Shown here: one piece after another, positions 24,508 through 36,193 of the stretch | Layout: the number at the start of each line of letters is the position of its first letter | How positions within the stretch are numbered: the first letter of the stretch is position 1 | NCBI GenBank assembly: GCA_021432655.1 | Contig: MU271222.1 | Location: 41,519 to 105,518 of the forward strand | Direction: 5' to 3' | Length of the DNA: 64,000 nt | Source of the DNA: Atractiella rhizophila | Taxonomy: Eukaryota | The notes under the pieces: generated by a model | What the model was told of the DNA's origin: nothing | What the model saw: only the letters and a program-made list of their open reading frames with translations | Databases searched by the model: none | Translations under genes and position numbers: made by a program

Positions 24508-26291
24508 ATGATGCTTTTCCTTCTTGTCGCCATTGCGTACGCGCTCGAAACCGCCCATGATTTTGAGCGACGCGAAGTCGAATTACCTGCTAGAGGAACA
24601 GCCCAAAGAATCAAGTCTTTGACTGAATATTGTGACTCCAATAGCCCTTTCCCCGGCGTCCTGGGAAGACGGCAATCTTCTTGCACAGATCCTGGCTACG
24701 GGAAATGCAACTCGTACGATTACTGTTGCCCGCTAGGTGGGAAATGCTGTGGAAACAACAGTGAGAAGCGATTTTTCTAACTGTTTTCGACTAAAGTGAA
24801 GCGGGCAGAATGTTGTAGTTCTGGGAAATGGTGTTATTCCACTGGTCACTTCCTCGTTCTGTTTGCTTTGCAGAGAGATAATCAAGGAGATCAGGTTGTT
24901 GTTATAACAACGAGAATGGCTGTGATTCCAAGGGATGCTGTCAACAGGGAGAGCAATGCTGCAAAGGTTGAGACCCTTTCCTCACAACCGAATTTATCTA
25001 AATTTCGCGGGTTGCAGGAGGAGGGTGTTGCGAAGCCGGGTATGCCTGCTCCAACGAAGACCAAACTTCGAAATTAATCATTGGGAGAACCCAGCACGCA
25101 TTGCATCAAGTTTGCCAGTGGAAACCCTGGCTGTTGTCACACTGATCAAGGCTATTATCCTTGTGCAAGCGCACTCCATGACTTTTGTTGCCGTTAGTCT
25201 TATGACCATTTTTCTCGCATGCCTGGTCGCTCATAATATTGCGGCAGCGCTCGGTTCGACCTGCTTCGTCGATGACTTAGGTGTTCCGAAGTGCAGGTCA
25301 TCTGGTAGCGTCCCAACGTACTCACAGCTCACCAATACGCGTGGGTGCCTCAGCTCAATCCTCTTTGCGGAAAGAGCTCACACAGTGCATAAGCTGCGGA
25401 GGAAACGACGTCGCCAAATGCTGCAGAAACTAGCACGCAAAGTTCGACACGAAGCCTCTCTATCCCAACATCCTCCACTTCGAGTGATCGTGCGTCTATG
25501 TTTCAGAGTGGAATGAGCGAACGGGACTGAAGTCAGTACAAGTTGCCACGATTACTCCAACTCCTCCGAGTGTTCCACGCTCAACGATTCAATGGGTCCC
25601 TCTTGATGACCCAAGTTTTATTGTTTGGTCTGGGGATTGGACCAATTCCGGCTCGCCTTGCAACAGTAGCGATAGCTCTCGATCAGCCCAAGGTACCGGG
25701 GATTTTTTGGTATCCTTATCCCTTCGGGTTGCTTTCGTTCTCCCAATGTTGGTCACATTCGTTCTCCTTCAAGCACCTCCCGCTCATGTCAGCATTAACA
25801 GCTGGCCAAGGAATCTACATAAGCTTCAGAGCCTCAAGACTCACCGAATACTCCATTGGTTTTATCAATAACCCAATTGTCCTACGTTGGCAACTCTGCT
25901 GCAACAACGCCGACGGAAGATGATGTCTGCGACGACGGCATTGCATTCGAAAGTCACTCCGAAATCACATCAGTCGAGTTGAGACTTGTGGGATATGCCT
26001 CAAGTTCGAGTGGTAAGATGCTTCAAGCAAGGCAAGAGGCTCCGTTTTGGTTGAAAGTGAACGGCCTTTGGTGCGTTGCGCTAGTTGCTAGTTGATGGGC
26101 TCATAGCTAGGTTCTGGCATAGGACATACGACTTAGACCCTTCCAGTGCTACTTCATCTCCAACGTCATCCGCGAGACCTTCCGCAAGCTTGGTAGGAAA
26201 CATTGGGTCGACGGCGCACAGAATATCTACGACACCTCGGTGGGCGATGCTTGTAGCAGCACTTTGTTGGTTGTTTCTGCCACTTATGTGA
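24508..26291 (+). CDS. Cys-rich secreted, probably GPI-anchored protein, paralog A
   Basis: Signal peptide, RR|Q site, many CC repeats (YCCPLGGKCC, GCCQQGEQCC), Ser/Thr linker, WVPLDDP domain, DDVC..., RQEAPFWLKVNGLW, hydrophobic C-terminus. Confidence 0.8.
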
Positions 26292-27025
26292 TATATGAAA
26301 CTACATTCTGAAGGATGAAAGGATCATGTAACTTAGGGACGACAACAATGATATTTGTATGTGCAACTCGATGTGCAAGAATTAGATATCACTCCCACAG
26401 AACTCAGATGAGAGGGTTGGATGGAGGAAGGCAATTTGCGATATCAGTTGTGGTATCAGTTGCAGATGAACTGATTCCTGTGCTCAGGAAGCATAGCAAA
26501 TCACAATTGTTGGACTATGCGCAGTGCAAGAGGGAGTCTTAAATCTGACATGAATGAAAATTATTCGCTTTGTACCAACAATGCTGAAGTTATGAAGTAC
26601 TAATGAAGCTAAAAGCTCGAACAAGGCAGAAGGAGGATAATCCTTTCGAATGAGTAATGGGATACCTGTTGCCCCTGATCTGGAATCATGCAACGACAGG
26701 AATGCGATCACTCAAATTGCTCGCACAATTCCCTCTGAGGCATTTAAACGCTGTGACAGCAAAGCATCAAAAGGTCGGAAAATGCGAAATATACCTTCCT
26801 CCAGGTCCAGACCCTGACTGGTATTAAATATAAAACAGGAAATTAGATCTTGATGCAGGATTACGAAGAACATGACTGTTTGTTGACTCGGCTCGACAAT
26901 TAAAATCATTGAGCACGTTGTTACCATGCTGGAGGTGGGCGAACAGCCTTGCTGGGACTATAAAGAGGCAGGAGTAGCGAGTCCATCCTCGTTCCCACCT
27001 TAGATTCCAGGTGCGGCGAATCAGA

Positions 27026-27970
27026 ATGCGTTCTCTGCCTAGTTTAGCCTTGCTCAGTTGTTGCGCTCTCACCATCGCTCAAACCACCGCTGATCCGCCT
27101 TATAAATGGGGGTACTTGGCATTTCCCAACTTTACAGGCTTGGTGCGACTCTTTCCTCCTTCCCCTACATTCTTCACAATTTTAAAACCCGGCGCAGGAT
27201 ATCTTCGGTCCACTTGAATTCTACGGCATAGGCGCATTTAGCACCCGTCTTGATATGGCAATCATTGCTTCGGATCTCTCCTTTGTGCCTTCGACAGCGA
27301 AGACGAAGTCTGGACACCCCACTGCTGGCGTCATGCCTACGTCTACGTTCAATGATCCCAAATCGTATGCCATAGATGTCTTGATCATCCCTGGCGGTGC
27401 AGGAAGCAGAGTCGCAATTAAAGACCAAATGTTGTTGGACTATGTTAGAGAAGTAGGGAAGACGGCAAAATATGTTCTAAGTACGTGTACTGGTGCACAA
27501 ATTTTAGGTAACGCTGGATTGGTACGCGCCACTCATGTCACCTCTACAACAAAAGCATAACATTCTTGGGAGGCAGCTCGATGGAAAGCGCGCGACGACA
27601 AACAAGTTCTCCTGGCGTGAAATGGTACAGAGCTGTCCAGATACAATTGAATGGGTTCGTCCATAGAATTGCGTTTATTATTATCTGTTACAATTCGACT
27701 CAGGTCCCGAAAGCACGTTGGGTGGTAGATGGAAATATATGGACATCATCAGGGGTGACTGGTACGTCACTTTCCTCCAAAATTTTTGCTGAAAGAAGCT
27801 GAACCGCTTCAACTCAGCTGGAATGGATATGATCCACGCCCTTTATCAGCCAAGTGATGCAGAATGAAACACTGGCTGATCGAGCGGCAAACATCATTGA
27901 ATATGAGGTGCATCGAGATCCAAGCTGGGACCCTTTCAGCGGGGTGTGGAATGCTACTTTCCCATTTTGA
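27026..27970 (+). CDS. Secreted DJ-1/PfpI family protein (isocyanide hydratase-like subfamily)
   Basis: Signal peptide MRSLPSLALLSCCALTIA, FPNFTGLDIFGP, DVLIIPGG, STCTGA (nucleophile Cys), LDGKRATTNK, ARWVVDGNIWTSSGVTAGMD, IEYE...WDPF. TATAAA near 26959. Confidence 0.9.
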
Positions 27971-28499
27971 AAGTCAAGTGGATATCTAAAAATACTCATA
28001 CAAGAGACGGAATGGCAAGGCTCGTTGTATTTACGCATTTTGGCCTTGAGAAAAAGATTAGAAATTGAATTAGCAGATCACAGCCTCTTCAGGAACTTGA
28101 TGGCAACCTTTGTCACCTACCTCTACGTTACTGTACTGAAGCAGCAATTTGAAAAATCAATTCCATGAAAGCACGGCACGCGAAAGTATGGGTCATGAAG
28201 CAGCGTGCGGGTGAAGCAGATGCAGATTCAAGCGCAAAGCGCACCACGATCCATCATCCCACACTCATCCCTACAACTTCACCTACTTTTATCAATCCTT
28301 ACCATTCCATAATGCCCCATGTTGTAGTTAGTTTCAACTGTTGATCTTTCAAACCTTAATGCAGTAGTTCTTTTCACTTATTGAAGCAACGCCACCCAAC
28401 TATTTATGCCTGGTTCCATCTCCAAAACCCACATGACCTTCTCAATTGCATAACAATCGACTGGTGAGATATTGGGCTAAGGCAGCACTCAACCAGTCT

Positions 28500-28865
28500 C
28501 TTAGTTACTCCCGATTCCGCAACTCTTCCTATGACCATAAAGCTCGATGTGGACGACGTTTGCGACGAGGAACTTTTATCGAAACCAATTACGGTGCCTT
28601 TGCAACCAGGCAAGAGGCCCCTTTTTGATAAAAGGTGAACGGCCTGTGGTTTGTTCATAGCTCCACAATCCAATGTTGTGAACAATTGGTTGGAATAGGT
28701 TTTACAGTTTGTTGTCCTCATCCACTGTTTCCTCGACACGGTCGACTTCTTCACAAAATCTGCAAGTGGCTCTTCAAGAATCAGCGACTCTGTCACTGCC
28801 ATCTTGCCGGTGACACTTAGGGCTTTGTTGGATCGATGCTCTTCTGGATGATTTTGCATTTCTGA
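28500..28865 (+). pseudogene. Decayed 3' fragment of a third Cys-rich/GPI paralog
   Basis: DDVC.. and ATRQEAPF-TGA-TAA-KVNGLW (stops at 28626-28631, where paralog A has TGG TTG). The last exon resembles that of paralog B. Confidence 0.8.
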
Positions 28866-29808
28866 TCTGCAATGAGGGAACTGTATGTGAAGCTCATGAT
28901 GTCTTGCTGATTCATATTGTGATGCTATTATTCAGTCGTCGGTCGTAAAGGTTCTTATTCAATTACCCTGAACATCATTCGCAGAGGGAATGATTATTGC
29001 TTAGATCGCACGTTGAGGGCGACCTTAAGGCAGGCCGTCCGCTCACCCGTTTTATGTTGCACGATTGCGAGAGCTCCTTCATTTTGATTTTGCAGCCACC
29101 ACTTATTCGCAAGCTCTCGGCGTGAGAATTGGGGATTGTTGTTTCCTTCCCTCTCCCTTCACGCCGGTAACCGGTGAAGTGGGACGAACATTGACAACCT
29201 GAATGAATCTGCAGTACTGCGTTTAGAGTTATTTTGAAACCCCTTCTCCAGCCCAATGCAATTCCTTTTGCTCTGGGACATGAGATCAGAACGAAGCAAG
29301 TATAAGAGGCCTGGTTGCCTTTTACGTGACAGGCCTTTGATATCAACGTATTAGCTCTTCCATTCAATAAGTTTTTTTACTCATCCTTCGAGAATTTTTG
29401 TGTTTCATTGGCTGGCTGGACGCCTGTGTCTAATTAGGCTAGGCCGCTTTTCCAATCCAGAAGGAACTTTTCAGGCTTCAAAGTTTCAATACAGGTTGAT
29501 GGGTGGGGCACTGTTTAGTGGGCGAACATCGACACTCCAAGCTACCTTCAGCAATCCACACATATTCAGTCTTTAAATTAGCGTCCGATTTGGGGAGCAT
29601 GAGTGCTGCTTTCATTGTCACTTCGCATTAACAAACAACCTTTCGTACCGAACAAAGCAGCGACGTTGTGGGTCTGGAAGGGCGTCTGCCTGCGTGCAAT
29701 TGCTGCTTGGTCATGGGCAGCGACAAGAAAACAACATAAATACAAGACATGTAATTGAGCCCAGTTCCCTTTAACATCACCACCTTTAGCTGTCTTGGAT
29801 CACCAAAG

Positions 29809-31283
29809 ATGGTGCTGCTTGCTTTCTGCAGTCTTTTGAGTTTGGTGGTCGCTGCTTCAAATTCTGACCTACAACGCGCCAATATCCTTGGTGAATTCAA
29901 GACTGGGCGGGCAACGAGTCCCTTTTCAAGCTTATTGAGCAAACGGCAATATTATTGTGATGCCGGATACTCGTCGTGCTTCGATGGGTGTTGTCCAGTG
30001 GGAGATGTCTGCTGCACGGATGGTATATTTCAATCCGTCCTTCAAGTATGCCCTTCTCACCTTGATATCAGCATGCTGCTTTCCCGAGTACGCCTACGCT
30101 TATTATCGGTGGAGCAAATTGAATGAGGCGCCTGAGTTAGTTATCCAGAGTGCGTCCATGCGCCGGATGGAACCCCTGGATGCTGCCGAACTGGTTATTT
30201 TGCTTGTGTAACACCAGGAGTCAGATGGTGCTGCAGTTCGTTGTTCAAACATCATGCAGCAATTCTCTGTGATAACTTAGCTGCACTTAGTAACGCCAGG
30301 GTCGCCGTGCTATTATGATAGTCAGGGTGTGGGAAAGTGCGGCACTCGACCTGAGACGGAAACGTCGACGGGTCAGTAATCATCAGCTACTGTAAAATTG
30401 ACATCGCATTCCGCAGCTCCTACCACTTCACTCAGTTCGACTTCGCTTACCAGCGATTCGCTACCGGCACCGTCTGCCTCGAGCAGTGGTACATTATTTC
30501 ATTCACCACATGAAGCTTTTTTGACAGTTTGAAGGTGTACCTTATCCAACTACTCCAAGCGTCTCCAGTGCAACATTCATATGGATCTCTTTGGATGACC
30601 CAAATATCAATCCCATCTGGCTCCCGCCCTGGAACACATCCTCCTCGTCGCCTTGCAATGCCTCTGATGTCTCTAAATCAGTTATACCTTCTGAGTTTGA
30701 TCAAGTTATCTCTTTCATGTTTGACCTCCAAGGTTCGTCCCATGGATTTTCATTTTCACGACAAAGTAAAATCAATTGTATTTTATAGTGGGCCAAGGTG
30801 TGCAAATAGGTTTGAGAGCAAGAATAGGCGCACAGTACTCAGCAAGCTTCTTCCTCAGTCCGGCACCACCACGTCCTGCCTTTATAGGAAGTTCTTCTGG
30901 TGCCACGCCGGACGATGACAATGTCTGCGGAAACGGAACCTACATAGAAAATGTTTATGATCAGAAACAGACGGTGCTAGTGTCGCTGGATTCATTCACC
31001 TCTTCTTTCAGCGCTAGGAAGACGCTTCTTGCAACAAGGCAAGCGGCTCCGTCGTGGCTCAGGATCAACGGTCTTTGGTTCGTGGAAAGTTGCGTAGCCC
31101 AGCATTATTGGCTGACTTCGCCAGGATAGGTTTTATAGTTTATCACCGCCATCAACCGCTAGTGGACCATCCGGCTCTTCAGGAATTAATGACTCTGCCT
31201 CTGTCACGTTGTTGGTGACACCTTGGATCTTCGTTGGATCGATCATCTTTTGGTTATTTTTTGAGGTCTCTGATCAGTATTGA
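29809..31283 (+). CDS. Cys-rich secreted, probably GPI-anchored protein, paralog B
   Basis: Signal peptide, KR|Q site, YCDAGYSSCFDGCCPVGDVCC, WISLDDP, DDNVCG, TRQAAPSWLRINGLW, hydrophobic tail; stop at 31281-31283. Confidence 0.8.
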
Positions 31284-31635
31284 ATCAATGAGGAAAGATT
31301 TCCGAATCAAATGTGGTGTAGTTTAGTTGGAGGTGGTGCGGTGGGATTGTGTTTCTAACCGTGTTTTGACTCAAGAAGCTCAGATAGTGTATGATCCACC
31401 CTCTAATGAGATGGAAGGGATATGTTTAAGGATCATTACATACATCTGGGTCGACTAAGAGGACACCGATCTGGTCCTTACATCTGCCCCTTCCGCGTAT
31501 CACAATAAAGTTATACAAAGATAACGAAAATGCACGACGAAGGAGTCAACAAGTTGAAGCTCGAGGGGGACAAGTGGGGCAGGTACCTGAGAGCAGCAGA
31601 TAAGCCTGTAGTCGGCGTGGACACTCCTTGGAGCA

Positions 31636-34600
31636 TCAGCGAGGGGTGTGCAAAGCTGAGCCGTGAGCATTTTGGCTTGCTATCGGAGGCTGCATTACCA
31701 TTATTGGAGGGACAATAATCGATGACCTGGTAGGCGTCTTGCTTCCCTTTTCGCGCCGTGACTTTATGACACCTTTCCAGCGATCCTTAAGCTTCTTGTA
31801 CAGTGTCTCTTCTGCTTCCTCATCCATTCCATCTGCCATGCTAAGAGCTTCTCGCTCTTCAGCAAGAGTATTAATACAGACCCCCAATGTGCGAAGTGAG
31901 CGATAACTGGCCGTTGCGCCTTTGGCCGCTTGCGTCGAGAGAGCAATGGAGGAAAGTTGACGGAGTGTGTAAAGAATGACGGATATCTGGTTGAGAGAGA
32001 TCGGAAGCGGAAGCTCCTCTGGCAATACGATGACTTGCGAAGTCGAAGCCCCTTCAGGAGTTGTTCTGGCCTTCCCTTTGCCATTTGACTTCTTGTTGGA
32101 AGGGATTATGAAATCTGGAGTAAATGCGGTCTGATTTGAGGGGAGAATCTTGATGATTAAACGGACGACACCGAGGCCCATCTTGTCCTTTCGGAACTCT
32201 AAGACCATCGCAGCTCCTATATGGCATGAGGTTGGGTTAAAAGAAAATGGGGAAAATCCACCTGCATGACCACTTTCCTCAGCCTGGATATCCTGCTGAC
32301 CAGCAGTGAACTTACTCTCACCGTGCCTAAAAAATGTCATCCTGATATTTACACCATAAGAGAGGAGGAACACGCACCACATGAGAAACCTGAGGAGGCT
32401 TGACCAATTATCAGCCTCGATAGCCCAAGTGCTCAACTCTCTTTCGCTCTTATTCGATAGTTCCAATGTCCTTGGGAACTGACCGTCCTCTAAGGATGCT
32501 GGATTCAACTCAGTTCCAGCTGTATCTCCCCCTGGCCTTCCGAAGCGGACACCGGTGGCGAAGACAGCGTTCATCGTGCGTTCTCCGTTGGGTAATTCAG
32601 TGTTCTCGAGAGATTGTGGGTTGACCATCGGCGGCGATGGAACAGGTATCTGGTTCAACAGTACCGTAGAGGGTATCGTGGGTGTCGTTGAACGCGAAGG
32701 GGGGTCAGGTTGAAAGGCTGTTGGTTGCTGTGGTCGCGGCGCTGAAAACGTCGGCGATGGTATAGCAGTTGAACCATCAAGAAAGGAAGAACGTCGTGAA
32801 GTTGTAGGCTCTGTGACTTCTTCAATAGTGTACATAGAAAAGTTGTCGTGAGGTATTTCGGCGTGGACGAAGTCACCCTCTCCTTCCTGTGTAGATGTGG
32901 GAGAAGATGGGGCGGGATTGGGGTCATCTGAATTTGAGGAACCTGAACTGTTGCGAGAGTTCGAAGGCTGCGTGTTTGTTTGAGTGGCACGAAAGGGAGA
33001 AGAGGGTTGATCACCAACAGGTGAAGCTCGGGCACTGGGAGACCTAATCAACGTTGTGGTAGATGATACAAGGCTTGGGGAGCCTGGACGTCTAGCAGTA
33101 TCCCACTGGTCCCTATTAAAGCTGGACTTTCGCCGTAAAGAAGAAGGTGACGTTGGGGATTCACGGCGTTCTTCCGGCTTTTCCGAAGGCGATTGGGTGG
33201 AGGTCGGAGAAGTTCGTATCAGCGGCGGTTTTGGAGGAGGTAACTTGTCAGATGGACTTGTCAGATCGGATTTGAGGTCGTTAAGAGGAGAGCTGGAACG
33301 CATGGCAGGGAGCAGGATGAGAGGTGAGGACCAAGCTGCCCCGTTCTCTCCGTGGGATGACTTGGGTCCGTCAATCCGCTCCACAGCCGAAGTCTCCTTC
33401 TCTAACCTCGCTCTCCGTAACCGCTCCTCTTCTCTACTTAGTCGTAGAGCTAATTCAAACATCTCCTCTTCCTGCCGCGCAACATCGACAGGACTGAAAC
33501 CATTGTCTAGCGGAGCTGCGCCAGGTGGTAACCAGCCATGTTGACCTCCTGGATTTGCCCACAGATGACCAGACTTCTCATTTCCAGCTCCGAAGAGAGT
33601 TGGTGTCCCCAACAACTGGGAATAGAAGTTAGGTTGAGCAGATAGAACATAAGTCAGCGGTTGATCTGTTTCCGCACGCGGGGGTGAATGTTGAGGATTT
33701 GTATCGTCTTCTTCCTGCATGCCCCAAGAAATGTCAGCCATAACTATTCCAGTGCCAGTTTATATGATGAGGAATTGGCCACAGTTGCGAATAATGGCAT
33801 TCTCATGACCGTGGGGGAGATGGTGCAGCGTGTATTCCAGAGAAAAAGGCTGGTCAACGCCGTTCAAAGCAACCAAAAGATGTTGACGTCCGACTCGTAA
33901 GAGATTGACGTACATTCTTCTGTCTATCCTGTCCTCCTTTCCTACTGTTCTCTGGGAAATGCCGTGTGTCCCGTTCCTCGACTGCAGCTGGCTCCTCTCT
34001 CTCCGGCCGTTGCCTCTCCCTCTTCTTCGTGAACGCAGTTTGCTCCCCTCTCAGCTGACCGACCTGGTCCGCAGGTTCTCCCAGAGTTGCTTTAAATAAT
34101 CCCAGCTTCGTCAACAGTCGTGAAACCTCATGAGTAGACAGCGCCGTCGATTCGTTTGCTCCTGCAGAAGCCAAAGGAGTATCAACACCGTTATTCGTTG
34201 ACTGGCTACTGGAGGACGAAGCCCTGCGTCTATGACGTCGCTTAAAGAGGGAGGCCAATCCGTTGAAATCTACATCTCTGTCTGATGGCACATTAACGGT
34301 TGGAGATGGTGGTGTTACAGAGACGGCTAGGAAGGGAGGCGACGGTGAGACCTTCCAAAAGGAGCTGATGGAATGCCGCAGTCGCGGCTTAGAGAGAGAG
34401 TCTTTGAGGCGGCTCACTGGGCCGACGAGGAGCGGAAGCGCTGAACTGGACTTTGGGCGCGGAAGCGTGCTCACAGGTGCACTTGTGGTTGGGTTCGACA
34501 GTCGGCTGGAGCTCGACGGGTAGGAGAAAGTTGTGGCTGTTGTAGGGATGGTAGTGACGGAAGTGGGAGGAGCGGAGGTGAGAGGGAATGCGAAGAAGTC

Positions 34601-34780
34601 GCTCGATGTCGAAGGAGATGCAGCATGTGTCCCGACCGAATTTAGTGAGGCAGAGCGCTTCCTATTCTGAGAATGGCTTTGGATGGATGGAGAGGGCGAC
34701 AGGTGATAGTAAAAGAACTCTTCTGTATCAGCCGAGATAATGCTATAGTGGGACCTTCTGTCAGCGTTAGTGGTGGCCAT
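31636..34780 (-). CDS. Large Ser/Pro-rich protein with a ubiquitin-interacting motif and a folded C-terminal region (may be two genes)
   Basis: Long ORFs 34780-33914 and 33741-31636; UIM-like EEEMFELALRLSREEE. Joining them needs introns with weak donors, and the 3' end is uncertain. Confidence 0.6.
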
Positions 34781-36193
34781 TGGGCTAATCGAAGGTTCAG
34801 AATCTGGGGACGCCTTCAATGGAGATTCGAAGACTGTATCTTCCCCTCAAAAGATAAGTAACAGAGACGAAGCACATCGCCCTTCGAAGCTATCTAAGTA
34901 TCCCCACGGTATTTTCGTCCCTCCAAGGACATTGGGAATCCGCCGAAGTCATGCCATCCCTTTTGCCGAGCGAAGGAGGCGGGCTACAAGAGCAACAGAA
35001 GCAACAGACCGAAAAAGACATGAGCATGAGAATGTAGTCAATCTCAACTCAGGGCAAGTAGGCGAGACTCAAAATGCTAACAATCATTCGCATTGGGTCA
35101 AGTAACGCTTCAGCGTCCTCAGCCAGGAGATTCGCATACATATTGGATCACACATTCCTGTTTTGCAAATCAAAGTCCGACGGATTCCGACTAGTTTGTT
35201 TATTATCCATCCTTGTCAATTCAGCTTCTGCCATTGTTTTTGGCAGTTAACCAAAGTTAATGGATGATCTCTGCGCTGCCAGGTCACAGAGGCATCTCTT
35301 CCCACAAAAAGTTGCTGAAGGAATATTGGCAATTGGTCATCTTTCGATGGATTCTTGTTGATAATTCGAACAGAAAGGAATAAAGACAATCTGAACAAAA
35401 TGCGATATAAGTTATAGATAGGTTTTGGAGAGGATTGATTTTTTGAACATAGCTTTTGGAGAGTGGAAGGAACTTGGAGGTTGTGCGCTGCAGTTGCTCT
35501 TCAAGCTGTGCGCGAACATCGAAGCGTCAAATGCTCAAACAACTTCAATGAAAGAATCAAAGAACAGGCTGTAGTCGAGGCAGCTGTACTATTGAATAAC
35601 ACTGAGGCTGCACAGTCCACTGGCACTTTCCGGTCTGGTTGTTTTACAGACCCTGGTCAACAAGCTATATAGCATTTCTCGATCTGATTGCTACGGTAAA
35701 GGAAATCATTTATGTTACACCTCTGAAAAAATTTAATTGGATGTTCGGATGACCAGAAAAAGGTGCACAGTGCCAGTGTCCGTGTCCACAAGGCTCTATT
35801 GTTGACGAAGCAGTTCGGTCGGACGCCATCAAAATAGCAGGTCAACTTCGGTGACGCCCAAATACAACTTCACTGGAATGATACAGCAGTATCAAGTTTG
35901 GAGAGCAGGAATAGTTGATCGAAGATCAAAGAGAGGGTAGGGGGAAAGGGTCGGGAGGGAGAAAGAGACCCAGCCCATTAGAATTTTTAGGGCTAGGTGG
36001 AGGGAATTGTTCCATGTGACTCAGCTCGTAACAAGCTTGATGCAATGTTTAGGCAAAGTTCATACGATAGGCAGGTATAGTGATATAAAACACGACGGGT
36101 ACAAGAGCGTAAAGATATAATCCTCACACAGGATTGACAACAAATCACCCAAGGACGAAGGCATCAACGGAAAACAACTTGAACATCAACCCT

